NCBI GenBank assembly: GCA_013203315.1
Contig: JABMQJ010000026.1
Coordinates: 56,511-120,510, forward strand
DNA length: 64,000 nt
Source: Candidatus Omnitrophota bacterium
GTDB lineage: Bacteria > Omnitrophota > Gorgyraeia > JABMRN01 > RBG-13-46-9
Reading direction: 5' to 3'
Under the pieces are notes generated by a model, which did no database searches, was not told the DNA's origin, and saw only the letters and a program-made list of their open reading frames with translations. Position 1 is the first letter of the stretch. Every line of letters begins with the position of its first letter. Shown piece after piece: positions 10,201 through 25,200 of this stretch. The position numbers were made by a program, and so were the translations under genes.

Positions 10201-13200
10201 CAGACATGGCAGTTCGTCTTGTTTCAAGGGAGCGGCAAAAACCCCTTACACCGGAGGAAAGAAAAGAACTTGAAGACAAAATAGATGAAAGAGTAAGAGA
10301 ACAATTAGGCATTGAAATCACCGATGACGAAATAAAAATAGATGGGAATGGCAAAATACAAAGCGAAATTGCATTATTTTTCGGAAGAAACCTGAATTTA
10401 AAACCCGGCGCACAGCAGCCATCATTCCTGAGAGACTTCGTTTTTCTTACCGCTGTTAAATCCGGAAAATTCAGAATAAAAGATAAAGATGGAAATGTCA
10501 AAGAAGTGAATCTTAGTAAAAGGTATGAAGCGCTTACCGGTGAAGAAAAACAAGCATTCGATAGCGAACTTGCCGAGATATGCCGCGGCGCAGAAGATGA
10601 CCTGGTAAAATTAGCCATACACGATTTTCTTATACCATGGGCCGGAGAACGGCAACCCAATATAGTAGCTACGCTCTCTGCAAAAAGTGAAGAACTAATG
10701 AAGAGCCTCGAGGCGCGCAATGAAGCCATAATCGATCTTTTCGAAAAGAATTTGTTAGTTACAGATAAGGAAATGATAATACAAATGGAAGCGCCGAGCA
10801 TACCCTGGAGAGATCTCGGCAGGGTAGCTGCTACCATTGCCGGTATTTCCCTTGTTGGGGGCATCATTGCAGCGACCGGGGGATGTGGTGCATCGCCAGT
10901 ACTCAACCAGCCTGCCGTTGAACAAGCAGCGCAGCAAGCTGCGCAGCAAGTTGCAGAAGTACCGCAAGAACCAGCCTTGCCGCCGGCAGAGCCAACAAAA
11001 GCAACCGTACCTACCCCTGCGAAACAACCGGAAAAGCGTGTTACAAAACCTAAAGCAAAGACACCCAAAGCCGAAGTAGCAGAGGAACCCGAGGTAGAGA
11101 AACCCAAGGTATCGGAAGGATTAGATGCATTAGATGTATTATTGCCACAGGTACCGGGAGAAGGCGAATGGCTAGATAAATTAGTGCCAGAGGTAGAACC
11201 GGGAGCAGCGATACCTAGAGCAAGAGTGCCAGAGATGGTAGAGCTGTCCGTGCGAGACTTCCATGAGAGCCTGTATGGTTTCCCACGGGATCAAGCCGAC
11301 GGACTTAAAGACACTCATTTAACACGCGATGATTTGAAGAATATCTTTTCAAGGCTTAGCGGAAGTGTCGGACATAATCAGTCGTGGGAAGGTGCGCTTA
11401 GTCAAACAACAATACATATGAACGGAGTTTTAAGATGGCTTCGTGATAACAACATAAAACCTGAACAAATTCCTATGCTCTGGAGCCGCATTCCGCGCAC
11501 AATGCTTACAGGCGACCAAGCGCATACGATAGACCAATTAAGCCCCGGATTTTTGGAAGTATTGGGCCTTGCAATGAGCTTTTACGCAAACGATATTGCA
11601 AGCCCCGCAAATATTGAGGAACGCGGAGGAAGAGCGCTTTTGGCGCAAAAAAGAAGCGAAATATTACGCGACCTGAAAAATTATATAGCAGGCGGAAACA
11701 TTATTGCGAAGCCGGGTTCGCGTGCCGCACGCTTTGAAAATATCCCCGAATCACGCCGAAGGCTTGAACTTGGGTGGAATAAATTTGTGACTAATAGCCT
11801 TGGATCGATAGATGCCGCAACTATGACTCTTTCCGATTCAAAGGACTTAAGAAGTGAACAGGAAAAGTTATCCCCGGCGCTTGATATTATACTTGGACGA
11901 CCGGTGAACCTTAGGAGTAAAGTTGATAGAAACCTACTGCAGACCCTCGCTTCCTTTGCAAAACTTAACGGAATTAAAGCAGAGGACATGACCTTGCTTA
12001 TAAAAGCCGGTATGCCATTAGGACAGCTTGTACCACTATTTCATAGTTCGGCTACAATATCAGAACAACAAAGAATCCAAGCCAATATGACCCAAGAAGA
12101 GATCAGCAGAACACATGCCCGCCATAATGCAATAGCGCTTAGCCGAGCTCGCCAAAAACATATAGCAAGGCTAGATAAGGCCAACCAAAGATTCCAGAGA
12201 AGAATGAGTACTCTTGAATCTCAAGGTCTTACAGGCCCACGAACAGAATACGTGCAGAGACAATTAGCAGACTTACAAAGCCAAATAGATGCTCAGCAAA
12301 CTCTCTTAGGTTATTGGATAGAAGCAGATAATTCCAAGTATTACTTCGAGAGGGAAATAAAAGAGAGTACAACATCACCTGGGGACATCAGGCAAGAAAT
12401 CGATGGAACCATAGCCGCAAGCAACAGCATAATATTGTTAAACGAACATTTAAATAATTTCCTTAGCATAATAAAGGCGACGTTCGAGAATCTCCGTCCG
12501 GGCGAGAGCTTGAGCGATATACTTGCCGAGGGAGATACGGCGCAACTCGCTAGGCTCGGACGTGAAGCTTATGCGGTAAGAGCAAATTTTGCAACTATGT
12601 ACGAGGTCATTTCAAGAGTCGCTGACCAATACGAGAACCCGCTAGCAAGCGCACTTTACTTTGCCTCCCAGAACGGGAAGGCTTTTCCGGGCACATATGT
12701 TGATGAAAATGGTGCTAGAAAAAAACTGGCTTATTTTGTGGAAAAAGACGGCCAGCGCCCGATCATAAAAGTTATTTATGACAATGAGCCGGAACCGCGC
12801 AGGACCTATGTAGACTGCGAATTTGATGAAAGAGAATGGCGAAATATAGAGGCGTCGGTAAAAGGTGAACGTGACCCCAACCCTACCAGGGATATTAACG
12901 ATCCAACCAAGCCCGGTAAGCTTCTTGAAAAATTAGGTCCCGCTATGGAAATAGAAGAAGGCATAGAGGGAATTCCCGAACCCGTAATCGGCTTACCCGG
13001 GGGTATAGGCGACTTGGGCGTGACTGGTGAAGATCTCTTACAGCCCGCGACACAACCCAAAGTGCAAACCGAAGCTGAAAAAGCGGAAGAAGCCCGTCTG
13101 GAAAAGGTGAAGGGAGAGATTGCAACTAACTTTGACCTAGCAAATAAGGCACTGGATGGGGCAACTGAGGCCCTTAACGCGGATAACCTCGAAAAAGCGG

Positions 13201-16200
13201 ACGACGAAATAGAAAAAGCAAAGGCTTTATACGATAGACTTGTAAGATATTCCTTCCGGAATGAGCCGGTAAAGCCCGGGGACCTTAAGGCGCTAAAAAA
13301 CAGGATATCCGAAGCCGAGACTCAGCGGAAGGAAAGCCGGATATATAAGAGAGTACAAAAGCTTGAAAAAAGGTTATCTAGAATCTCAATAACCATAGAA
13401 AACATACGTAGAAACGCGAATAAATTTGAAAATGAAACGGACTATAAACGCGCGAAAGATATAATTGACGGCATATTCGCTTCTTTAAAGAAAGAATTTT
13501 CCACCGGGGAATTGGAGTATAAAAAACAAGAAATAGATGCCTTAAAAGTGGAGTCCCGGCTCGCCGATAGTTTTGCCAGGGCATTTTTATTATTCAAGAA
13601 AGCAAAACAGGATCAAGCAAAATTCGATGCCCAAAGGGAAGAAGCAAAGCGTAAGTACGAGGCGATAAAGGAAAAAATAACCAACGCCCCGCGACTTCAG
13701 GGACTTCCCCTTGCCCGGGGAATGGTGCACGTATTTCTGCATGGCAACGGCAGCCCCAGCCTCGCGCGATTTTTTAACAGAAACAAACCGAGGCACGGAA
13801 GATTTGACGAAGGCGATGTTATTGTAAGTGATACACCGGTACCCGATCATCTTAAGGGTAAGAATGTGGAATGGTATCGTTATAAAATAAGTTTCCTCAG
13901 GAAAGAAAAAATTCCCCTTAAGTCCGGCGATCCCAAAGCGACCCATGTTTCGGTAGACGGAAAAGAGTACTCGGTATATGGCCCTGTTTACATGGTATTG
14001 GAAAAGATAGAAAAAGGCAAAAAAACTATAAGGGTAGCGAACGATACAATTGATTTGATGAAGCTTGTAGGCACAGGGTATACACTTAATGATGAAAATG
14101 GAAATCCGCTGTTCTCAGAAGCCGTAGTAAAACTCGCCAAGGACAACGACTACGATGCGGCTGCGATACAATGGAATATAGATTTATCGAGACAGAGACA
14201 CGAAGGCATACGCCAGGCGAAAGAGAACTCAGAGGAGCATGTGGTAAGACTGATACTCGATTCCTGGCAGGCCCATGCGGAAAATCTTGAGATTGAAGAA
14301 GCGTGGGCGGAAATGCTTCGCACAATGTCCGAGGGCACAAAGGTTGAACTGGGCATATCAATAGGGGCCTATACAAAGTCGCTTCCATTTGTGTCGGTGT
14401 GGGCCGGTATTACCAGGATCATAGATAAAAGAAGAGATGCTTATGTCAGCCAGGGTTTCTGGAAATATTATGTTAAGATTCAAGAGGTTAAGAATAGACA
14501 GGTTAAGCGGGTAAGCAGGGCCCTCGCGGACCTGACTGAACTGGGAGAAGTAAGGGCCGAATTGACACGCCTCAAAGGCGATGAAACGAATTATAAAAAT
14601 CTCCTGAAGAAAGAAAGGGACAAAAAATCTCAAAGGGCAATAAGGGCCAGGCTGGCTTCTATCGGCGCAGAAATAGCAGGGCTCCAGGCCCGCGACAGCG
14701 AGTTAAGCGAAGGCGTTCTTACTGAAATGGGCGAAAAGCTTAAGATAGATGAGATAGTAATCGATCCTAATAGACGTCTGAGGAAATGGCAGATTAACCG
14801 GATTCTTGCTCAATATGGGGTAGACGCGGGCACGGTTTATCCTGTTATGCGCGCATACTATCTCAAAAAATGGGCTGAGGCCAAACAAAAAGAAGCAGAA
14901 GCAGGAAAAACACCTGTATATACCTCTAAATCCATCGTAAGCGGTTCTGCCAGCGCCGCCGGTTTTTATGGCGGCATATTCGCGAGCATGGATGCCAAAT
15001 TCGTAGATAAGGAACTGACCCCGGCAGTGGCTGATGTAATAAAACTACGGCAGGATGTAAATGCCAATTGGACGGCATACAATTCGCAGCAGAAAAAGAA
15101 AAAACTCGAAGTCATTTCTAAGGCGATAGACGAAGTTATAGATGCCTCGAATAGGAAAATCAAGAATCTGGCAGAGCGCAAAGCCGATGCGGAGAAGAAA
15201 TACAAAAAAGGACTTTTAACCTTTGGACAATACGACGAGGCGCTTATAAAACTGAGGGAAGCAGAAAAGGAACACTCCGCTATAGTAACGCAGGGAAGCG
15301 CAATACAATACGATTTATGGATGCTTCATGACGGCCTTGACAGACAGCTGGGAGACGCCGTTAAGCTCAAGAGAGAAAAAGGCGCAATAACCGCAAGTAA
15401 GTTCATGGAAGATGTGCTCAAAACATCCCGCGAGATTGGCGCCGGCAAAATGGCAGATGTAGATGTGCTGGAACATACCCGGCGCTTGAAGGAAGGGAAG
15501 GATAAAGGCGTAGTTACAATTGAAGGCGTTGGTGGCTTTGTAAGCACCGGCTCGGACGGAAAAGGTATTTCCTTGGGCGCGGGGGCATCAACAACCCTTA
15601 AAATCGATACCTCGCGGGAACAGAAATTAGATATATTGGCAGATACCCTTCTTATATCTGAATTAAGAAAAGAAGCAACGGAAGAAGACGCGGCCATTAA
15701 TGCCTTAAACGCACTCATTAGTTATAGGGGTATAAAGAAACAGACAGAATACGCGACCGCAGGGAAGAAGCATTACGAGGACTATAAAAAAGGCGCCGGC
15801 ACACGAGAAGAAAAAGCCGAAGCCGAAGGATATCTGGCTGACGCGGTTCTTAATTTGAGAGGAGCCGAGCGATGGCTGACATCCGCAATGAGAGAGGCAA
15901 TCACGTTAAGAGGCGGAGATTTTGCGAATGTTACGGATATAGATGACCCCACTGTATTATCCGGTATTATAGCCGAACTAAAGGTGAATCGTTATAAAAG
16001 AGAACTTGAGATATTAGACCTGCAGAAGAAAATTATAGAGGCCATGGCCACAATAATAGCCAAAGGAGATTCGTTCTCCCTGGCTTTAGGCCTTGCCTAC
16101 GCGGTTCAATCAGATGGTGGTTCCACGCTGCAGACGATCGGATTTAACATACAAATGGAATCGAATATATTCGGTCCGTTCTTACCCCTTATTATCGGTA

Positions 16201-19200
16201 ACCCGGAAAAAATAGATTTAGAACTAGCGGAAAAACTCTACCAGGAAAAGCGAGCCAAAATACAGGCCGAAGCTAAGGCGAGCGATGAAAAAATTGACAG
16301 CCTGGAAGTCCGGGTAACCATAGCTAGGCAAGCTGTCGATAGTGCTAAAAAGGCTCTTACAGAAGAAAAAGAGGCGAAGAAAAAAGCCCTTAGGCTAGCC
16401 GAACTCGAAAAAGCGAAAAGTAACTTACAAAGCGCGCAAACTGATCTCGAACTGGAAGAACTCCAAGCGCAGGCATATAAAGGTGTCCAGCGTGTGCCGA
16501 GAGAGGAAGGGATTTCAGTAAAAGAGGCGGAAAAATTAAGGCTAAGGTTGGCAGAAGCAAAGCGAAAGGCGGATGTCATAGATGAAGAAACTGGAAGGGT
16601 GGAGCCACAAGAGGCAAGGGAAAGAGAAGCTAGGGTCAGCGGTGCTGTTAATTTTAGAATTGTCCTCCTCGACCCAAGGAAGCCGGATACGTCTGAATAT
16701 GATATCGAAGCCCTTAGAGAAGAATCCAGAGAAAAAGTCGAAGAAGGATTAAAAAATTATAAAACTCTTAAAGTTCAAGCCGCACGATATGGTGTAGAGC
16801 TGGCGTGGCTGAATTATCTTAGGGCAATAGCGGTAAAACAGTTAAATCAATTCAAAGGCGACCTTCCGGCGTTAAAGCCGTTTGACAATGAAGAGACCAG
16901 TAGAATGAGGAGATTTACAAAATTTGTATCGGAATTAGATGCCAAAATTGCTAATATTGACGGAAAATTGGAAGAAACGGAAAAACAGATTCCCTACGCG
17001 GGCGATGCGATTGGCGTGGTATACGTGGGCGACAAGATTGCCATAATAGTAGAAACCAAGCCCAACGGGAAAGAAGCAATAAGAGAGCTGAAGAAAATAA
17101 GTGAAAAAGATCGCGCCGCCGTATTGAAAGAGATAGAAGACCGGGACCCTGAACTGAGGCGGTTGAAAGCCCTTCGCGCACAAGCCCAAAAAATGCACGA
17201 GGCCACAGAGCCCCAACTGGGTTTTCTACCCGTTATTGATTTAAAGGGCATGTCTGGCATACCTATAACAGGCGCCCAGCTTGACCTTACATGGACTCTT
17301 TTCGATTCCGGGCTTAACGAGGCCAATAGGTTACTGGCGTGGATAAAATTAGTAAGGCAGGACCTATTAATTAAAGTGGAAGAAAACAAAAAGTACAACA
17401 GTCTTATTTTAGCCCTGGATCAACTTGAGAAGAAGACTTTGCGTTTAAAGAAGGCTGCAACGGCTAGAATGCGCTATCTCGGTTACATGGATGAGAACGG
17501 TAAGTTCGTTCCGGGTTTATTGACAGATGTCATAGAATCGTTGGACAATCAGAATACGAATTTGGATGAAGTTAGAAGAATTTTCCGAGAGTCGCAGGAC
17601 GCGGTAAGCGAAAATGCCGAAGCCGCTTTTGAAAGTTTAGCCGCCGTAGAAAATTTTATCGTTTCTTTAGAAGTAATAGGTGTTGATCCCGCAAAATATC
17701 TTAAAAAGCCAAAAAAATTATCAAAACCGGCCATAGAACCTGCGCAGCCGACGACTACTAGGCCGAGCGTTGCGCCGGCGGTGAGTGAATACAAAGTTCC
17801 CACCCAAAAGGTGCAAGATAAGGACATAAAAGACGAGATAGGGATTCTTATAGAGGCATCCGGCATGAGTGAACGAGCGGCCGTATTTGCGGTAATATCT
17901 GCTAAACGATTTGTCGAGATGAACCGTAATATAGTTAACGTGCAGGGCCGTGAGCCATGGACGTCTAAATTACACTTTATAGGGATGTCAGAATACGCCA
18001 GAAAAATAGCACGGAAAATGGCAGAAGATCCGGGCTTCAAAATTCCTGATCACCTCGGCTTCAGAAGCATCTATGATTTATCTACTACAATGGAGGAATC
18101 GGGACAAGTTAACGACCCAAAGACAGGCATTTATCCGGGCCTGTTCAACCTGCTTGGCCTGGCACATTATATGCAATGCTACGAAGATAGATTTGGTAAA
18201 GAGAAAGCCACGGCCCATTTTAATGAGGTTATAGCTAAAATTAAAGGTCCAAGGGATGAAGGATGGGAGATAGGGATACAGAAAAGATTAGCGGAACTTG
18301 GCCTTGGAAAAACAGAAGAGGAGATGCATGCAGGCAGGGTTGCCCTTTCCGGTATAGCCGGTAGAGCTGTCGGCAGAGACCTTAACGTTCACACGAACCT
18401 TCATGACATGGGTATTGCGGGCAGGTTCTACAATTTCGGCCTTTTGCAACACTTAAATCCGGGGCAACTTGATGCTATGGTAGATGTTATGCGGGAACTA
18501 CGGTCGTTCCTTAACAGTATATTCGATAATTATGGGGACATGACGAATGACGAATTATCAAAACAGCAGGGTTCCTACAGGCTGAGATTGAACAGTGAAA
18601 GATTGAAGACGCTTACTCCCGGAACGCCGGAATATAAACATGTTGAGATGCTCGTAGAAAGGGCAAGAAATGCGCTCATAGAAGAATTAGAACTCGACCG
18701 TCTCTTCAGCGCCGCCAGGGCAATATTAGAGCAGAGCGGCAAGGTGCTGAAGAATATGTCGAAGAAGGACATACAGGCAATTCTCAAGACCACGATTAGA
18801 AGCAAGGCGTGGCGTGACTCCCTGCAAGATAATATAATTCCACGAATGAAAGGTGAAGACGGCAAGTTCCTAAGCGATTACGAAAATCCTTTATTTGACG
18901 CACTTAACTTTTCCGATAGTCGCGGAAAAGCCTACCCGGGCAAGGACGCAAAAGGAAAACGCGTAACTTATTTTGTGGAAAGGATGAAAATCGATGGAAA
19001 AGGAAAATTACAGCCGGTTGTAAAAATTATCTACGCTGGCGAGCAAGAACCGCACAAAATCTATATAGGCCACTTTGACAAAGAAGCATGGTTAAAGGGA
19101 GACGCGTTGCCTATTCTGGACTTGGAAGGGAACAAGCCAACAAAGCCCGTCATAGAATTAGGTCCCGCTATAGAAGTAGAAAAAGGCATAGAGGCGGTTC

Positions 19201-22200
19201 CCGAACCCGAACCCGGAATCGGCCCACGCGGGGCGATAGGTCTCTTGGGCGAGGCTGACGAAGTCGAGAAAAAGTTGCTAAGTGAAACCGGAAGACGCGA
19301 GTATGTGCCGTTGTCCGCAGCCGGAATGAAGGGTCTCCTGGCGGTATACCAGCGTGACGAAAAAACGGGCGTACGCGGTATGCGGATAGGAACCGTAAAA
19401 AATCTAAAGCTAAATGAAAAAGGAGAAGTCATAGGTGGGGATATTGTTGAGAAGAAATCGCTAAGTGAAACCGGAATACGCGAGTATGTGCCCCTGTCCA
19501 TAGAAGGTATGGAGGGCTTCCTGGCAGTATACCAACATGACAAAGAAACGGGTGTACGCGGCGAACGAATAGGAACTGTAAAAAATCCAAAGATAAATGA
19601 AAAAGGAGAAGTCATAGGCGGAGATATTGTTGATAGAAGAAGAACCGCTACAATTGGCTCACGCGAATACGTAATTGCAAGAGTTGAAGATGGAAATGAT
19701 ATACCGGAAAGCCTAGCATACCTTCCTGGAGACATGAAGGATGTAGTGCTTGTGTATTCCGGATATGACGAAAACCAGCCGATAGGATACGCTGAAAGCG
19801 GTAAGATCAGCTTCAACGAAGACGGAACAGCCACGTTAAGCGATGATGTCATAATTATGAGGACAGCCCGGGTGCCGTTTACAGGTGAACTTGGGGCAGT
19901 AGGCCACCTTTATGCAAATGGAGAATATTACAATCTTCGTAAGGGCGAAGTTCATGGTTTTGACGGAAAATATACTGCGAAATTATACAAAATCAAAGAA
20001 TTCGAAAAAGAACGTGTAGAAATAAGATTTACAAGTACCTCGAAACATCCACGTCATGATTCGGCCAGAGAATCTATCGTATTGGTCCAGGACATGGAAA
20101 CAGGCCTACCTATCCGTGAAGAAAATGTGCCACTGGTGATACGCGATGGAAAACAAGCTTATGTTGTTTACGGGACAATACACTTTTTCAATTGCAATGA
20201 AGAAGGAAGGCCGCAGTACGTGGAACTACGATTATCAGACGGCAAATTCCATGATGGCGTGTCAACGCGCAAGGCTAAAACAATACGATCAATGGAATGC
20301 GAATACAGAGAAGACGGAACGCGTGTCAATACCCGATGGACATACGGAAAAGGAAAAGAGTGGTGGAAGAACAAAATCTTCCAGCGTGGAGTAGAAGCCG
20401 TTGTGGCCCCGGCAACTCGCATGAAAGGCGTATCGGTTGTCACGCTTGCTCAAGTAAGGTGGAAAAATGCATGGTGGAAAACCCAGGCAAGTTTTGGAAG
20501 TGGGATAATAAAGTTAACAGAGCCATTATCCCAAACCGACAGAGGGTGGGAGGCATGGCAGTCAGAGTTTGACGTTGAAATGCAGGATGCCGGACATTCC
20601 ACCGCACCGATGGGAAGTGCTCAACAAGCTGCCCCCCATGACGATAATTGGAAAGATATGACTAAATTACCGCCGCAACCCCGCACCGCAATAACTCCGA
20701 ATAGTATTGCAGGAGAGGTCTACGAGATAAATAAGGTGATCGAAAAGCACCATCCCAATCTCATGAAAAGGCTTAATCAACATTTGTCGCAAGAAAATTG
20801 GAACGAATTCTGGGCTGATATATGCGAGATACACCGATTAAACGTATGGCCTGCCAGGGTCCACCTTGAAGGCGTTGCGCACTATCTCGATCTTCTTTTA
20901 ACTGAAATCGAAGAAGAAGGAGGAGACGTAACTCTTCTTTTCAGTGACCTCGAATTGGCAACGATTACATTTAAGGATAGAAAGCTTCGGGGAGTACTTG
21001 CAGCAGGAACAAGAGGAACTGACCCAGCGTTAGGCGAGGGATTGGATATTTTGATAAATGTTTTAAAAATTGCAGATAACCTAAAAAGCCGCGAAGATTC
21101 AATACTTTATATGAGTGAGTGGGAGATGAAGGCGCTTGGCGCCGAAACCAAAGAAGGAATAGTCACAGCAAGGCTTCGCATTTTCCTAAAATTTCTTACA
21201 GACTATAAAAACGGAAAAATGACCAAGAGAGATTTTGAATACGAACTAAAAATCGTGAACAACACAATTCACGAGTACGCAGTCCGGCATAATAGAGATG
21301 AACAACGCCAGGGAATAAGAGCTATCAAACCACTGCTGAAAAAACTTTATCCGGGACAGGAAAGATTGGATGAAGAGATCAACGTGTATGAAGCATCCGC
21401 GAATATGCTCTACTGGTTTATGGTAATGCTGGACCTCTCGCCGAAAAAAGTCGAACAACTTATGCCGCTACTTTCCAAGTTAAAAGCACGCCTCAATGAG
21501 TCATTGTTGGAATATGATGAATCTTTTGTGGAAATATTATTATACATAGCGTCTTTCAGGATATCCGGACCGAAGACTTACGAAGCTGACCGCCTCTTCC
21601 GGGCCAAGTTACAAGCACGCCTCAATGAGTCATTGTTGAAATATGATGAATCTTATATGCCAACATTATTAAACATAGCGTCTTTCAGGATATCCGGACG
21701 CCACACAACTAATAGAGGTATCGCGAGGGCTTACGAAATTGACCGCCTCTTCTGGGCGTTGATAGCACTGGTAGAGAATACCACTGACACGGAAATCGCA
21801 GACCTTACCACGGAAGAAATCGAAGATATGATGAATAAAACAATCAACAATGATAGATGGATAGAATACTTTAATATGGCAATCGATGTTCAGATAAAAA
21901 ATGACACGATGCCCGATGTGTTTAAGTCAGCTTATTATGCAAGTGCGTCTCAGAGGCCACCCGCAAAGATAGCACGAATAAGAGAAGATGTACCTACAAA
22001 AAGTGACACACACTATCTGAGCATAACCTATATACCAGGCTCTGAAATAAAAGAATCCAACGTAAAAGCCTATACCGTATCCGAAGATGCAGATGGGAAG
22101 CAGGAGATGATGAAGTTTATTATAAAGAAGGATGCAGAGGGCCACCCGATAGTAGAGCTTTTTAAGGGTGGCGAAAGCGATCCCAGCCAGGTTTGGGAAG

Positions 22201-25200
22201 GCGTATTCGATGTGAATGAATGGCTTGTAGGATCTGAGCTGGAAGAATGCATTACAATAGACGGGAAACCCGGCAAGCTTTTAGAGACATTAGAAGAGGC
22301 AGAGGTCATCGAAGAACTAGGAGAAGAGGGTGTGCCGGCGCTTCCCGCTCCAGAAGTTCCTGGACCCGCAGTCGGCGAACGCGGGCCAATAGGTGCCTTG
22401 GGCGCAACTAAACCGGCAGAAAAAGTATTGGCAACAACGCCGGATGGAACAAAAAAGTTCGTCCAGCGTCCGGATGGCAGTGTATGGCTAGTGGCGAAAG
22501 GAGACCCGAATCATCTTGAGATGTCTAGAGGAAAGACGCAAGCATGGGCGGACAGGAAAAATGCGCCACCCGAACCTCGCAGTGATATAAACCCGGAAAC
22601 GATAAGCGAGGAAGTAAGCGGAAAAACGGAATCTATCGCTGCAACGCTTGAAAAATATTACCCGGAAGAAATGAAAGCGCTTTCCGAAGTTATTACGCCG
22701 AAACAGTGGAACGAAATGTGGGCAGAAGTTTGCGAAGTTCATAGGCTAACCCCTAGAGGGGCCAAGGAGCATTTAGAGCGCGTAAATTATTGGTTGAATG
22801 AAATTCTTAAATGGGAAGAAAATAATGGTGTAAAAATTGACATTCCGGAGGATATGTACTCGCTTCTTTACGCCATTCGGCCGCTAAAAAATGAGGTATG
22901 GCCCATAGAGAAGGCGCTTCCCGGGTTACTGCGAAAATTGACCTATGTCGATTTTATGGCATCATTGGAAAAGCATAGGTTGTTATTTGATGCCCCGGTT
23001 CTGAAGCTAGCCGACGCAACAGTCAGGAAAGATCTTCGGGAGGTTTTCGTTCGTTTCTTCAAGATACTAAAGGACCATCAGAAAGGGAAGCATGACAAGA
23101 GTGCCATTTTAAGATTTAGAAGGGAAATAGATGATAGAAACGCAGTGATTGTTGATCTCGCATTACGGCATAATACCGGGGAGCAGCTAACTGGTGAGAC
23201 CGCTGCGCTTGAAAAAATCTCAAAACTTTTCCCGGAGTGGAAACTAAAGTATGGAGTGAGCCAGAAGGGTTTTCACGACTCTCATATATTGTTTTCATTT
23301 TACATGTTTATGGTAACCCAGGACCTTTCATCCGGTAAGATCGATGAGCTTATGCCTTTATTGCAGGCGCTGAAACCTTTTCTTAATGATTCCTTCGGCG
23401 AATACAAAGACATGGAATTAGGTAAGTTGCTAAAAACGCCGCGTGGCTTCGATCTTGACGGGGTTATACAAGTGTGGAAAACTCTGGGTGAGGACTTAAA
23501 GAAGCTTTGGGGCGGCGAGGTGCATAAGCAAATGCTTAGAGGCCTTGAACTTGACCGTCTCTTTGAGGCAGCACGGCTAATAGTAGAATATCACAGCGGG
23601 GGAAAAAGGATAAAGGATTTATCAGGAAAAGAGATACAAGAGATTCTAAAACAGACGCTCGGGAAGAAAGGCTACACGGGATTTCTTGCCAGGGTAATTA
23701 ATATTCAAAAGAAGAACGGCCTTACCCCGGACATGCATAAATCAATTGATTGCGCGAATACACGCAAGACACCGCCACAAGCCGAAACGGTGACAAGAAA
23801 AGACCTCCCCGGAAAACTACCGGGAGGAAAATATTACCTGAGCACGACCTACGAAAGCGGCTACAGGACCCCGGAGGAATATACCTTATATAAAGATGCG
23901 GAAGGAGAGACAAAGATAATAACATTTTCTCTAAGAAAAGACGGAACTGTTAGGATAATATACGGCAATGATGAGGCGGCTTCGCAAGTTTGGAAGGGCA
24001 AATTTAATAAGAATGCGTGGTTACAAGGAAAGGCTTTAAAAGATTGCATTACAATAGACGGCGAAAAAGGCCAGCTTTTAGAGGAATTAGGTAAGCCAGA
24101 AGATGTGGAAAAAGGTATAAAACTAGAAGAGCCTGCGGTGCCCACGCCCACGCCTGCGCCCGGAATAAGTGAACAGGTACTTGGACGTGCAACTCAAGGC
24201 GCAAAGAGCGCAGTTGCAGGCACCGGTTCACCTTTGACGAATTTTGTGATGATCGTAGGTATGAGTGCGATAGGCGTTGTAACCGACTCTCAACAAGCAC
24301 AAGAGCCCCCAGCGCAAGTGGCGCAAGTGGCACCGGCGAAGTCGGCGCAACCGGCGAAAAAGGCGGCGACGCCGCCGGCGCAAGCGAAAAAGCCGACAAC
24401 GCAGAAGGCACAAACACAACCCGCAGCGAAACTGAAACCTGCTGAAAAAGCTAATCTACTCATGAACTACAGTGGGCCAGATGGAAAAGATTCATACGGC
24501 CGTAATGCCGGAGAAAATTTCTGGGGACATGTTGGCATAAGCGATCCTATACAGGCAGAAAAAACAAGAAAAGCTTTTCGACACATGAAAAAGCTGGGCA
24601 TCGACTCCGTGAGAATGGGATTAGTAGCCGATGGCCGCTCACTAATGGACGAAAATGGAAAGGTTGACCCCCAAAAACTTAATAAGTTCATGGAGGACGT
24701 AGAGGCTTTACTTAAAATTGCAGAGGAACAAGAAATCCAAATAGAAATAGAATTTTCCCTTATCGACCATCTTATAGCGTATAAGGGCAGAATAGATAAC
24801 GGCGTCCCAATTTTTGGTAGGGATGAAGTAATAAAAGACGCTGCAGGATTTGTTAAAGACTTCCTGACACCATTCCTTCAGAAATTCGGGAAACATAAGG
24901 CGATAAAAGGAATCGACATTATAAACGAACCGGAATGGATCTGGATTAATACCCCCGTTACAAAGGACAAGGTAAAACAATTTATAAGAATATGTTCGAA
25001 AGCCATAAGGAAATGGGCTCCGGGTAAAACCATAACAGTCGGTGTTAATACCGAGTATACCGGAGAAATGGCCGCATTAGTTCGCGAAGGCGTGCTGGAC
25101 TACGTAGCCATTCACCACTATGAGGATAGGTTCAGAAGGAAAAAAGCCGACGGCACATTCGAGAAAGATAATTTCGCGACATTAGAACGCTTCGTAAAGG

